The notes below the pieces were generated by a model, which saw nothing but the letters and a program-made list of their open reading frames with translations, was not told the DNA's origin and made no database searches. The position numbers and the translations under genes were made by a program. From Cyanobacteria bacterium P01_F01_bin.150 (GTDB lineage Bacteria > Cyanobacteriota > Cyanobacteriia > CAKZMO01): a stretch of DNA of 64,000 bases. Positions 1 through 10,405 of this stretch are shown piece after piece. The stretch spans positions 32,001 to 96,000 of the forward strand of contig JBCCYL010000009.1 of assembly GCA_039189765.1 (NCBI GenBank), read 5' to 3'. Positions within the stretch are counted from its first letter, which is position 1. Each line of letters opens with the position of its first letter.

Positions 1-231
1 GAAATGGATGCCTGCTACGATATGGTTACCTGGCATGGTGCAAAAACTCTGGGAGTGGGCGATCGCTACGGCATAGAAAAGGGCAAACCCGCTAATTTAA
101 TCGTGTTAGACGGCGATAGCCGTTACGATGTCCTCAGACGTCGAGCAACCGTGCGATACGTTATTTCCCAAGGAAAGCTGATTAGCTGGACCGAACCACC
201 TGTAACCCACTGGCCGGACGGCGCTATTTAA
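1..231 (+). CDS. codA: Cytosine deaminase/amidohydrolase, C-terminal end (gene starts before the window)
   Basis: MVTWHGAKTLG...YGIEKGKPANLIVLD...VRYVISQGKLI matches the CodA-type amidohydrolase C-terminus. Confidence 0.75.
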   Translation, partial: EMDACYDMVTWHGAKTLGVGDRYGIEKGKPANLIVLDGDSRYDVLRRRATVRYVISQGKLISWTEPPVTHWPDGAI

Positions 232-2365
232 ACAGCTTTGCAAGGATACAGTCAGCGCTAACCGTATGTATGCTGCCCTCTTTCAAAACCGTACATTTTG
301 ATTGGAAACGCTGCAACACCGGGCGCTGTCTGGACGAAGTATCGATAGTATCATCGACTGCCAAACCCGCTTTGACGTCATATTGTTGAATCCAGTGATC
401 ATTCAAATAGTCATCATCGTAGGCATCCGCTTCTAGAAGCCAAACATCAATGCCATACCCTTCAATAAATTGGGCCAATTCTTGTTTATCAGTCGTATAG
501 TGGGCCTTAAGCAGCGCGATCGCCCGTCGCCGAAACTGCTCGTAGTAGCCCATGTGATAAGGAATGGCATACTCATGGCCAATCAAAATCGATCGCTGGG
601 CAAAAACAGGAATATTGTCCGCTTCTTTTGCAATAGACGCCACCAGAATATCCTTAGGCTGGGCACGCAAATAGGCATAGGTATCAGGAAAGCTCCCCAC
701 CTTGTATTTGGTAAGGGGAAACGGATCAACAAATTGAGGATAAATAATCAGCAAGAGGAAAATAAAGAGAGTGAAAGCGATCGCCACAAGGGATTTTAGA
801 TTTTGGATTTTGGATTTTGGATTTTTGGGAAGGTGTTGGGGTGTTGGAGTGTCGGGGTGTTGGAGCGTTGGATTTTTGGGGTGTTGGGGGGTTGAGCGTT
901 GGGCGTTGAGACGTTGAGACGTTGAAGCAAGGAATTCAAAAAGTTGGGACCGCAAAGAACGAACGGTGACATTTTGGGTTTTAGATGCTTTCGACAAGTT
1001 CTGCACAGGTTTTCGACTTTTACTCAGCCATCCCCTGCTCCCCTGCTCCCCCGCTCCTCTGCTCCTCCGCTCCCCTGCTCTCCTACTTCCCAAACGACAA
1101 CCATTAAAAAGCGCATCAAGCACAAGAGTCAGCACAATAGCAGAGGCGATCGCCATAATAATGCGCAAACTATGGTCGGTATAGCGGCTGGGTAGGTGGA
1201 GGCGGAATAGGAGTAAATGGGCGGCAATAAATAAGGCGGTTGAGGCTAGGAGAAGATGACCAAGACGGTAAATCGTGGGAGTGATGGCGTTAATTAGGGG
1301 AAATTGACTGGGAAAGCGGAAAATAAGCGGTAGAAATAGGCCGAGGGCTAGGGTGGCAGGGCGCACTAGGCCGACGTGCAGAAAACCGCTGCGATCGCCC
1401 ACTCCATAAAACCACCACGGATTATCGCTAAAGAAAAAGCTCCGGCCTCCAGGCCAAAATTCCGGCATTGCTTTTGCTTGCTCTGGCGTTACCACCGGAC
1501 CGTAATCTGATGCAGTAGAGGCATAATAGAGGATAACGATAAGGATGGTGGCGATTGTGCTCAGATAGAACTCGGTTTTGCTCCCTGTCATTTTCAAGCC
1601 ATCTTTACGCTGAATAATCGCTGACCGGAGCCAACCCATAACAGTTCCATCTGTAATCATGGCAATGCCCAGCATTGCCCCCGCAAGCAGGACATATTGG
1701 GGGTAAAACAGTCCCAGCAGAGTGAGGGAAATAATACAGGCTAGGATGATGGCTTTTGTTTTCGTACTTCTGGATTTGAGGCTTTGAACGTTCCCATTTA
1801 GGGAAGCCGCTTGTAAGATAGGCGATCGCCGATGGACTTGGTCAAACCTTGCCCAATAAAAGAGAAACGCCAAAAATAATGGATATACAAAGGCTCTGGG
1901 GGTTGCGGATATCAGATCATCCTTCATCCAGATTGTTTGATTAAACACCACCGATGCAATCCACGCTGTAAAAGGAATGGGCAAAATGGAGAACGTAAGT
2001 CGGAATAAGTATTGGGTGGCAATTAGCCCCAGAATGGTGGGCAAGATAATATTGAACTGAAAGGGATGGATGCCAAGGGCGATCGCTCCCCCATACAGGG
2101 CTTTGTATCCCAGGGGGGTAACGGATTGGAAGTAGCTGGCAATGAGGTCATTGGGAAAGAGGGAGGAATCGAGCGATCGCTGCATCCAAAAAAGATACTG
2201 ACGAGCATCATCTTGGATCACATAGGGCTGACTTAAGGGTTCTTCCAAAGCCAGAATTGCATACCCTAAAGCGGTTGCCAGACTTAACCCCAACCAGAAA
2301 AAGTAGGGACGACGACTTTGGGACACAGGCGTTGTCAGAAGCGTTTGCAATCCAGCAATCAGCAT
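224..2365 (-). CDS. Polytopic membrane protein (possible GT-C fold glycosyltransferase-like) with a repeat-derived low-complexity insert
   Basis: 713-aa ORF, many hydrophobic helices, an early QDDARQ acidic motif after TM1, and an R/G/P/Q-rich insert at about aa 425-525. Confidence 0.7.
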   Translation of the reverse strand: MLIAGLQTLLTTPVSQSRRPYFFWLGLSLATALGYAILALEEPLSQPYVIQDDARQYLFWMQRSLDSSLFPNDLIASYFQSVTPLGYKALYGGAIALGIHPFQFNIILPTILGLIATQYLFRLTFSILPIPFTAWIASVVFNQTIWMKDDLISATPRAFVYPLFLAFLFYWARFDQVHRRSPILQAASLNGNVQSLKSRSTKTKAIILACIISLTLLGLFYPQYVLLAGAMLGIAMITDGTVMGWLRSAIIQRKDGLKMTGSKTEFYLSTIATILIVILYYASTASDYGPVVTPEQAKAMPEFWPGGRSFFFSDNPWWFYGVGDRSGFLHVGLVRPATLALGLFLPLIFRFPSQFPLINAITPTIYRLGHLLLASTALFIAAHLLLFRLHLPSRYTDHSLRIIMAIASAIVLTLVLDALFNGCRLGSRRAGERRSRGAGEQGSRGWLSKSRKPVQNLSKASKTQNVTVRSLRSQLFEFLASTSQRLNAQRSTPQHPKNPTLQHPDTPTPQHLPKNPKSKIQNLKSLVAIAFTLFIFLLLIIYPQFVDPFPLTKYKVGSFPDTYAYLRAQPKDILVASIAKEADNIPVFAQRSILIGHEYAIPYHMGYYEQFRRRAIALLKAHYTTDKQELAQFIEGYGIDVWLLEADAYDDDYLNDHWIQQYDVKAGLAVDDTIDTSSRQRPVLQRFQSKCTVLKEGSIHTVSADCILAKLFK
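793..1090. repeat. Stacked STRR-type short tandem repeats inside the CDS
   Basis: TTTTGGA/TTTTAGA heptamers (793-830), GGTGTTGG-type octamers (831-890), CGTTGAG units (891-925), CCCCTGCT octamers (1031-1090). Confidence 0.85.
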
Positions 2366-2378
2366 GAAAAAAACAGAC

Positions 2379-2795
2379 TTAGCGACGGCGTTCGTCTAAC
2401 CATTGTTGCAGAATAATTGCAGCCGCTTTGCGATCGATCAGACCCTTGTTACGAGAAGGGGATTGATCGTTTGCCTTTATCATTTCTTCGGCTTCAAAGG
2501 ACGTCAGACGCTCATCTACATATTCAATCGGTAGACTTAACGCTTTAGAAAAACGCTGGGCCAGTTTCTGAGTTTGCTTTGCTTGGGAACCCAGTTCACC
2601 GTCCATTGTGTAAGGGAGACCCACCACCAGCACTTCCACCCGACGGTCTTCTACAAATTGCCGCAGGAGTTCCACATCCTGCCGAAACGCTCTACGATTG
2701 ATTGTCGTTAGCCCTGTAGCCATTAGCCCCAATCCGTCGCATCCGGCGACACCGATGCGTTTACGTCCAATATCTAACCCCAGCGCTGAAACCAT
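2379..2795 (-). CDS. ruvX: RuvX/YqgF family RNase H-like nuclease
   Basis: ALGLDIGRKRIGVA, VVGLP, YVDERLTS and IDRKAAAIILQ motifs. Confidence 0.95.
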   Translation of the reverse strand: MVSALGLDIGRKRIGVAGCDGLGLMATGLTTINRRAFRQDVELLRQFVEDRRVEVLVVGLPYTMDGELGSQAKQTQKLAQRFSKALSLPIEYVDERLTSFEAEEMIKANDQSPSRNKGLIDRKAAAIILQQWLDERRR

Positions 2796-2824
2796 AAAAT
2801 CCTATGCCTACTTAAACCCCCCTA

Positions 2825-4234
2825 TTATTTGCCAGCGCTTTGGCTCCCTTCATCATCCCCACTGGCGGGTGATGGTGGGGATGCGTGTGGTGAATCAAAC
2901 TGAGGTGAATCAAACTGAGGCGAGTCAAACGAAAATCTTCCAGGAATTGGTTTTTGCCCCTGCTGCCATCCTTGTAAAACACTAGAAAATTGGATATTTT
3001 CCAATGTGACCTGCTTCGTTTCCCTCACTTTATGCCAAACGGATCGGGACATTAGTAAGGTGTGCTGGATGCGGGTTGCGCTTACCTGTTCCAGATAGCC
3101 TTCCCGTTCCGTTTGATAATCTGAAGAGGTGAGTTGAATAGATTGTTTGGGGTATTTTTGAACGATTCGGGCCATCTGGGTCAGTAGTTCTAAATACAGC
3201 CAAGTGTAAGCCGGGTGAACCGTTAGCTCAGCAGTATGGGGTTGACTCCCATCTCGACACAGATCCAACTGAAAGTAGCCAATTGCCGCCTTACGCTGGG
3301 GTTCAAAGACATAATTTCGGATGGTCTCCTTAGGTTTGATCAATTGCTGAATGCCTTTCAAAGGAACCTCTGAAAGATGGGTCTTGAAATCTGACACATG
3401 GCGATCAAACACCTGACGGACTAGTGGTGGCATGGATACTGTGTCTAGCTGATGCAACAGCCCTGCGTCCGCATTGCTCACGGGCCGCAAATTTAGAGTA
3501 GTAATAGATCGTTCCGTTAAAGATTCTAAAACATCGGGAGCGATCGCCCAATACGTGACATGGGCTAGCGGCTGAAAGCCATGGTGACGGTACAACGCTA
3601 GCTCCTGCTTATCGGATACGCCGACTTCCACCAGCCAAGTACGAGCTTCCCATAAAGTGTCAAGACAGTAGCGCAATAGCTGGGAAGTCACATCAGTTCC
3701 TAGGGGCGGAGCATCCGCAACCGATCGCGATTTAGTTTTCGATAGATGTTTCTCTGGAATCTTAGTAGAGACCTCTGTGGAGGCATTTATTCCTGCGGCT
3801 GTATCACCATTATAGTTAGAGGCTCCTTTGAGAACCTTATCGGACGCACGGGAAAATGAGGATGTAACCGTTGGTGAGGATGGGGTAACTCTACTAGAAG
3901 AGGTTGGAAAGGCGGCAATGCGCTCCACTCTCCAGGTACTGTGGGTATAGTTAAACGGAGATACCTGGATAAAGCCTGCTAGCTGATGTTGGCATTCTGC
4001 GACATAGGTTGAGAAGAAATGCTGGAGAGGGTTAGGAAAAAGCTGTAAGCACTTAATTGGTCCGTACCACTGACGAACGTGCTGGAGCTGTTCGCTAAAT
4101 TCCAAACGAGTACCGTATTGAGTGGTGTCTAATCCCGATCGCATTTGCCCACTGACGTCAGCCATTCGATCCAGGTCACGATATTGACACGACCGAATCG
4201 TGAGAGATGAAGAACCAGACTTTGATGAAACCAT
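2825..4234 (-). CDS. Cyanobacterial multi-GNAT N-acetyltransferase-like protein
   Basis: LALYRHHGFQPL GNAT motif; lies directly upstream of ruvX; start placed at ATG 4234; FDSPQ-like x3 repeat near the C-terminus. Confidence 0.8.
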   Translation of the reverse strand: MVSSKSGSSSLTIRSCQYRDLDRMADVSGQMRSGLDTTQYGTRLEFSEQLQHVRQWYGPIKCLQLFPNPLQHFFSTYVAECQHQLAGFIQVSPFNYTHSTWRVERIAAFPTSSSRVTPSSPTVTSSFSRASDKVLKGASNYNGDTAAGINASTEVSTKIPEKHLSKTKSRSVADAPPLGTDVTSQLLRYCLDTLWEARTWLVEVGVSDKQELALYRHHGFQPLAHVTYWAIAPDVLESLTERSITTLNLRPVSNADAGLLHQLDTVSMPPLVRQVFDRHVSDFKTHLSEVPLKGIQQLIKPKETIRNYVFEPQRKAAIGYFQLDLCRDGSQPHTAELTVHPAYTWLYLELLTQMARIVQKYPKQSIQLTSSDYQTEREGYLEQVSATRIQHTLLMSRSVWHKVRETKQVTLENIQFSSVLQGWQQGQKPIPGRFSFDSPQFDSPQFDSPHASPPSPASGDDEGSQSAGK

Positions 4235-4404
4235 AAACGGTAAGACGGTTAGGAAGACAGGAGCAAGAATCGACACGGAAACTACGATTTAGAACCCGTT
4301 ATAGCTATATACTATCTCATCAGTGCTGATGGCTCGTGTATTGAATGGATAACTACAGCATTGCTAAAGTATTTTTTTCCAGTCCCTTGCGATTACTTTA
4401 AGTG

Positions 4405-4466
4405 GGTAGTGGGGGCGCGAAGCGCCCCCACTACCGTTAATTTTGTTTCGCCTTAAAACGAAACCC
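4405..4466 (+). repeat. GC hairpin plus conserved tail (dispersed family A, copy 1)
   Basis: Perfect 14-bp stem GGTAGTGGGGGCGC-GAA-GCGCCCCCACTACC followed by GTTAATTTTGTTTCGCCTTAAAACGAAAC. Confidence 0.85.
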
Positions 4467-4541
4467 CGATTTAAAAAGTTTGTATAAATTTTAGATATCC
4501 CTTGCCGTAGCGGATTGATTACCTCTTCGCACCTTGGCTGG

Positions 4542-5687
4542 TCATGTGGTGATAATTTGTCCAGCATCCACCGTAAGAACCTGGGCTGATTTGACCCACT
4601 GGGCATCAAAGGCTCCCAAATGTGTGGTGGTGACAATAGTTTGAAATCTTTCTTGAATGGTCTCTAGAAGCTGGTTCTGGCGCTTTAAATCCAGTTCAGC
4701 TAGCACATCATCTAGCAGCAGCAGCGGTGGTTCTCCCACCACCGTTTCGATCAGACTGAGTTCCGCCAACTTTAGGGCTAATACTAATGTCCGCTGTTGT
4801 CCTTGGGAGCCATACTGACGAGCTGGGGTTTGGTTAATTAGAAAGTTAATCTCGTCTCGGTGGGGGCCCACCAGAGATGTCCCCTGATGCTGTTCGGCGA
4901 TCGCCCGTTCCTGAATCTTGGCTAAAAACGCCTGCTGAATCTTGCCGGGGTTATCCTGATCCTCTGGATTAGTCGGAAATGCATTGGGGGCATAGGCAAT
5001 TTCCAAGTCTTCTAGTCGTCCGCTAATTTCTCGATGCCATTTGTGGGCAATGGACGCGAGACGGGCGATCGCCCTAGTGCGCCGCCGAATCACCCGTGTT
5101 CCCGCCGTAGCAAGTTGGGCATCCCATATGGCTAATTGGGCTGGGTCAATTGATGAGGTGCCCTCTTTTGTCAATTCTGACCGTCGCTTTTTTAGTAAAG
5201 CATTACGCTGTTTCAGCACCGTTTGGTACTGCTGCAAAATATGGGCATATATGGGTTCTAACTGCACCAGCAATACATCCAGCCATCGTCGCCGTTCCCC
5301 AGGACCACCGCGCACTAAGTCCAAATCTAAACTGGAAAACTGGACGGCATTCATAATACCAAGGAAATCTAGCTGACGCTTTTGATTTTCGCCGTTGATG
5401 GCGACAGTGCGTCGACCGCTGCTGCGCAGGGTCATTGATAAAGCGGCTGGACCGGCGAGTCGCTTTAAGCGGGCGGCGATTTGTCCGGCAGTTTGTGAGT
5501 CTTGGACGAGATCGCGATCGCGGCTGGCTCGATGGGATCGTAACGTTGCCAGTAGCTCCACTGCTTCTAGCAGATTGGATTTGCCCTGGGCGTTGTCTCC
5601 CACAATAATCGTCTTGGGTGCCAGGAATTCAACCGGCTGTTCGCCATAGTTTCTGAAGTGGCGCAGATGAAGACGTTCAAGAAACAT
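4542..5687 (-). CDS. recF: DNA replication/repair protein RecF
   Basis: [31 protein letters not shown] and [11 protein letters not shown] motifs. Confidence 0.98.
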   Translation of the reverse strand: MFLERLHLRHFRNYGEQPVEFLAPKTIIVGDNAQGKSNLLEAVELLATLRSHRASRDRDLVQDSQTAGQIAARLKRLAGPAALSMTLRSSGRRTVAINGENQKRQLDFLGIMNAVQFSSLDLDLVRGGPGERRRWLDVLLVQLEPIYAHILQQYQTVLKQRNALLKKRRSELTKEGTSSIDPAQLAIWDAQLATAGTRVIRRRTRAIARLASIAHKWHREISGRLEDLEIAYAPNAFPTNPEDQDNPGKIQQAFLAKIQERAIAEQHQGTSLVGPHRDEINFLINQTPARQYGSQGQQRTLVLALKLAELSLIETVVGEPPLLLLDDVLAELDLKRQNQLLETIQERFQTIVTTTHLGAFDAQWVKSAQVLTVDAGQIITT

Positions 5688-6055
5688 GGTGACAACGGGA
5701 TAATGTTACAGACTCAATCAATATTGTTATCGAAATCCTGAACACAAGAGCCGTATATTAAAATGTCGAAACGGGAAAATCAGAATAACATCATAGCCAT
5801 TATCGAAGGTCTGATGGTTTTGGGCTATTGACCGAATCATCATTTGTAAACTTGATAAAAGCACCAATGAAATGTGCTTAAGAAGACTGTGGTGGCTTAA
5901 AAAAGAAGAGGAGCGCTATACGTTTTTGACGGCAATTCCAAAGGCGCAATCTTAGTCTGTAGCACAAGAAATCTCTAAATTTTTAGACCTGAGAGATTAA
6001 TGACCGCCTACAAGTCTGGGAGCAAATGGTGAACGATAGCGGCAATCAGCCTCGC

Positions 6056-6094
6056 GTAGGGTGTATTAGCGTAACGAATGGAGCATAATGCACC
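6056..6094 (+). repeat. GTAG-type REP-like imperfect palindrome
   Basis: GTAG-GGTGTATTA...TAATGCACC. Confidence 0.5.
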
Positions 6095-6247
6095 GTTTAG
6101 CAACCAGGATACGAGATCGGTGGATTGCACTCACTCTGGTAGCCCAGAACCCTGGGTTTTAAATCCAGTCACGGTCAGCCAATGGCGCGGACAATACGCA
6201 ACAATTTTGCTTTTCAACGAGCAGATATAGAATCTTAGAGAGAGGCG

Positions 6248-6901
6248 TTAGGTTGATATGCCATATATCGAACTCTGCTTGTTCGAAAAGTTGTGGTGGT
6301 TCAACAAATAAGCGATTTGGGTCGCAATCTTTTCTCCCCCCTGCACCGATGGCTCGATGGGAGCGTTAGCAGCATAATCTTCAGGCTGGTTGCACACCAC
6401 CCGTAAGTCCAAGAGCGGTAGTCCTGCTTGAATCGCTTCACGGAAGATGCAGTCGTTGTACATGGGCAGGGCCGAATATATAAGCTGTTTCATATAGGGA
6501 TCTTGGGTGGGGCACTGGTCGTAAATGGTGCAGAGAGTAATGGCTAAATCTTTTGCTAGGACAGCGTCAAGCATCTGACGATATTGGTGGTGGAAAAGGG
6601 CTTTCATTTCCACAAATCGCTGGAGAGATGCGATCGCATCTCCAGGCGGATCCTGCATTAGTAATGCTGCTTCTCTTAAGGCATTGTTTCCACCCGCACT
6701 AATGATTAGATGCGTCGCAGTGGTAGGCAACTGACCTAACTGGTCAATAACATCACGGGTCACACTGCCATCAATCGCCAGCAGTGTTGCGTCCCAATCA
6801 GAGGGAAGTATTGCCCGAAGTTGAGTAACCACGTCCGGTCCAGGTTCCACATACGCACGATTATCAAAAATAGAATCCCCAAGCAAAATTAGATGATTCA
6901 T
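6248..6901 (-). CDS. SGNH/GDSL hydrolase
   Basis: LLGDSIFDN (block I), AIDG, SAGGNNAL (block III); block V reads PIEPS. Confidence 0.9.
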   Translation of the reverse strand: MNHLILLGDSIFDNRAYVEPGPDVVTQLRAILPSDWDATLLAIDGSVTRDVIDQLGQLPTTATHLIISAGGNNALREAALLMQDPPGDAIASLQRFVEMKALFHHQYRQMLDAVLAKDLAITLCTIYDQCPTQDPYMKQLIYSALPMYNDCIFREAIQAGLPLLDLRVVCNQPEDYAANAPIEPSVQGGEKIATQIAYLLNHHNFSNKQSSIYGIST

Positions 6902-6989
6902 AACCTTCGCTAGTAAAAGTGATTTGGGTTAAGGTGCTGTAAATTTAGTCTTAGAGGGAGACGATCGCCTCAATAATCCCTAGCCTTCG

Positions 6990-7607
6990 TTATTTTCTGC
7001 CCCCGCAAGCAAATATCAGAATACCCACAATCTTATTTACTTCTTTGATGTAGTAGTCCTGTACGTCAATAAACACCGTTTGGTGTTCCAGCTTTAAAAA
7101 CTTCCAGGTTGTCCCCGTGGTGACCACACCGTAAATCGGATGGTCCGATGGCAACGCTGACGTATTATTTTTCTGATTAAACAACTCCGCTGCAATCATC
7201 GTCGCCGCACATTGACCCAAGCCACTGGGGATACTCTCATTTTTGGCTTCCACAATGGTCAACACCGGACTAGTAATGTAATACTGTTCTTCGGAATCGC
7301 TCAAAATAAAATCACAGCGTCCATCTAAGCCTTTGCTGGGATCCACTTCAAAATTGCTGCCAGAAAAAATAGCGATGTGATTTTGCAATTGACGTCGGAC
7401 ATCCATCAAAATAGGCATAATAATTAGCTCCGACCGCGCCTTTTCCGTATTGATTACACTCGCCAGTGGCACCTGATCTTTAAGAATTTGCTGGAGCAGT
7501 TCGCTAGGCTTAGCAGAGGCAGTATTGGCAAACAGATCCTCCGTTTCATTGGTGGTAACGTCAAAGGTTGATTTAACGGTGCTAAGGGTAAAGCTGCTGT
7601 AGGCCAT
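6990..7607 (-). CDS. Cyanobacterial PD-(D/E)XK nuclease-fold protein (HsdR_N-like)
   Basis: EKARSE, GRCDFIL, IVEAK, GQC and YGVVTTGTTWKFL motifs. Confidence 0.75.
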   Translation of the reverse strand: MAYSSFTLSTVKSTFDVTTNETEDLFANTASAKPSELLQQILKDQVPLASVINTEKARSELIIMPILMDVRRQLQNHIAIFSGSNFEVDPSKGLDGRCDFILSDSEEQYYITSPVLTIVEAKNESIPSGLGQCAATMIAAELFNQKNNTSALPSDHPIYGVVTTGTTWKFLKLEHQTVFIDVQDYYIKEVNKIVGILIFACGGRK

Positions 7608-7897
7608 TGCCGTTCTCCATTAGATGCGATGTGTCAAGATAAACGCGATCGCCCTTACTCTCCATTCGCTGGTACCCAGACTCACTAGGTACCGTGCGAG
7701 ACTTTGGCTCCGTCCTCCTCCCCTGAGCCAGAGTTGCAATAGGACACGCCTAGCCCTTCCTCGCCAGAGTTTATGAACGAGAGGAGACCCTGTGTCCAAG
7801 TATTTGGCGTTTTGATATTTCCATCGAAACGTTGCTATCTAAGCAATACTGGAACTAGACATTGATGGCATTTAGCTAGTGTTGCCATTAATTTATA

Positions 7898-8693
7898 TTA
7901 CTCCTGATTCAACTTGTACATTGCAGCAAAATGCTTACGCAGCAGTTCGTGTATAAAACGATAACGTCCTCCACATACAATAAGCGGGACAATCCCTAAT
8001 GCTGAAATAACTAATCCGCTTATTCCATTAACTAATCCGATAAATAATCCATTTTTTAAAGACAAAAAAATGCTTTCATTAGGATATGAGTTTGATTTAA
8101 CTTCTTTTTCTAATTCGCTTGGATTGGTTAAACTTATTGCTAAGACACCCACAGCTAAATTTCCCAAGGCACCGATTAATATTCCCCACCTATCCCCACC
8201 CAATTCCCTCAACACCCCTCCCCCAATACCACTGAGTAAAGCAGTACGAGCTATTCTCTGCAAACTAGGGACACTAGCTTGGTATGAATCAACAGAGGAA
8301 ATAATGTCGGCGTTGTTCTTCTCGTTCCAAATCTATTCTGACTAGTTCATGAAGAGAAGTTCTCAACCGCTTAGCGACAATGGACTGCTGGACTTCAATC
8401 AGTTGCTTGCGGAGGCGTTGTCTTTGCTCATCAGTTATTTCAGATTTTGCTGGAGCGATATATTTGTGAACAAAATCAATAATTTTGCCTAGGTTTCCAG
8501 TCCATACTGCAATCGTAGCTGTCACTATCGCAGTAATTGTAAATCCTGCGACAATCCAGTCAATTATCGAATTTACAAGTAGTGCATCAATCAATATTTC
8601 GGTACGATTTAGAAGACTGGTATCTGAGTTTGAACCAGCCTGGGCAATAAGTGAAAGGACGATTAATACGGGGGACACAAATAGAAACTCCAC
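7898..8693 (-). pseudogene. Internally deleted NACHT-transmembrane protein
   Basis: N-terminal piece (LRKQLI..VAKRLRTSLHELVRIDL) joined out of frame near 8308 to Gly-rich TM repeats, NESIFLSLKNGL and terminal GGRYRFIHELLRKHFA; no Walker A remains. Confidence 0.75.
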
Positions 8694-8818
8694 AACAAAA
8701 TTACTAAGTAGATAAAGTTAGGGTTGCGATATATCAAGAAGAAAATTAATAGATGCCTAAATGTCAATAGAATAGTATCAAGATACTTCAGTCCATCATG
8801 GAAATTTAGTAAAAATCA

Positions 8819-9394
8819 TTGGTTACCCTACAGCTACATCAAATTAATGTGCCCCCCGGTCAGCGGGTGGAATTTTCAGATGTGCCTTGGAGTAAATTTG
8901 AGGCGATGCTGACCGAACTTGGAGACTGTCGAAGTAGTCGTATTGCTTATAGCCACAGTACGTTAGAAATTATGACTCCATCCCCTGAACACGAAGTAAG
9001 CAAAGAGCTGATTGGGGATATGGCAAAAATTCTATTTGATGAACTAGATATAGACAACGAGTGCTTTGGATCTACCACGTTTAAGCGCAGGATATGAGTA
9101 GTGGCATAGAGCCGGATAACTGCTTCTATTGGCGCGATCCAGAGTCGATGATTGGGAAAAAGTGCATTAACCTTGAGAGCGACCCGCCGCCTGATTTGGC
9201 GATACGAAAACTATCAGCTTCGTATCGACGTGCTGCAAAGTGGACAGTATATCAAATCTTCATCTAGCATTGCCTTCCCGACGATTCCGGTGATTAAGGG
9301 CATATCATCGTTTCTGCGTCGTAGTCGAACGACTAGTCGCCATCAGGTTTTGCGAGGATTTCGGCAGTGGGTGCGCGATCGCCATTCTGGCTAG
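8819..9394 (+). pseudogene. Uma2/DUF820 endonuclease pseudogene
   Basis: LEIMTPSPEHE..GSTTFKR; frameshift near 9090 into SGIEPDNCFY..DPPPDLAI; then a jump to WRYENYQLRI with the EID..YxxLGVPE segment missing. Confidence 0.85.
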
Positions 9395-9473
9395 CAATTC
9401 GAACGCCCCCATAGTCACTTTTGTCGGATTGGAGTTCTAAAATGCAGTAAGAACCTTGAGGTTACCGCTTAAT

Positions 9474-10334
9474 CTACTGCCGATATTCTTCCACAAGTGT
9501 TACATTCATCCATTCGCCCCGTTCGTTATACTGGCGAATCATGCGCTGTCGGTACGTAGGCGTCACCATCCATCCGGCCTCTAGTAGAAAGGGGCGATCG
9601 CGCTCAATAGCCGTTGGCACAACCACCGAACCACCACCCGGCAACATCAATACGCGATAGGACAACTGGTTTTTACCTTCATTTGAGTCAAACCATAGAC
9701 TATTGCCCTCAATTCGCCCTGACGACTCCACGGTGCGAACTTCATCAGCACCACCCCCAAACGTAGTGGACTGGGTAAGCCTATCGTCATCTACAGCAAT
9801 CTTAAGATCGGTGCTCATTGAGGTAGGGTCTGCCCCCGATGCGTACATTGTTACCGCCTTACCCACCCAGTGACCGACCAATGCATCCACTGTTAGATCA
9901 GGAGAAGGCGGATCGCTATGACCAGCAAGAGTTTCTCGGATTAACGTAATACTCTTGAGGAGGCTTTTGCCGTCTACCGTGCCTTCAAAAAGCTGCACAA
10001 GCCGGAGCCGACGCTTACCGCTGGTCAAAGCAAGCTCTGCGCCAAACTGGCCAAAGGGTGCCCACTGGAGCGAGCCTTGGGTAAATGCGCCTGTTTCAAA
10101 AAAAGGTACCTTATCGCCTGGCCCTGGATAGGAAAACGATCGCACCATTTCATTGGCCGGACCATCTACAGGGGAACGGGTCAGGACCAGCCGAATCGTT
10201 TGTGCTGCGTCATCTTCTGCTAAGACTAAAACACTGGGCGTATCTTTTAATTCCTGACCATCGGGCGAGACTTGGGTAAACGATCCGTGCCATTCTCCCA
10301 GGTTCTCCCGTAAACAATCCCATTGAGACTTCAT
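9474..10334 (-). CDS. DUF3598 family protein
   Basis: MKSQWDCLRENLGEWHGSFT start, RRLRLVQLF, C-terminal RQRMIRQY..GEW..VTLVEE. Confidence 0.85.
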   Translation of the reverse strand: MKSQWDCLRENLGEWHGSFTQVSPDGQELKDTPSVLVLAEDDAAQTIRLVLTRSPVDGPANEMVRSFSYPGPGDKVPFFETGAFTQGSLQWAPFGQFGAELALTSGKRRLRLVQLFEGTVDGKSLLKSITLIRETLAGHSDPPSPDLTVDALVGHWVGKAVTMYASGADPTSMSTDLKIAVDDDRLTQSTTFGGGADEVRTVESSGRIEGNSLWFDSNEGKNQLSYRVLMLPGGGSVVVPTAIERDRPFLLEAGWMVTPTYRQRMIRQYNERGEWMNVTLVEEYRQ

Positions 10335-10405
10335 AATGCTCCTGCGATAGTTGGTATGCATCGTCGTTGCATAGAATGCTCCAACGATTTTCTATAGTAA
10401 ACCCG

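Noticed and set aside
2889..2930. 15-bp x3 repeat (FDSPQ) in the GNAT tail
   Set aside because: A simple in-frame duplication in a disordered C-terminus.
7672..7800. GC-rich structured stretch as a riboswitch or ncRNA
   Set aside because: No known aptamer consensus recognised; its start resembles a decayed copy of the 54579 REP-like hairpins.
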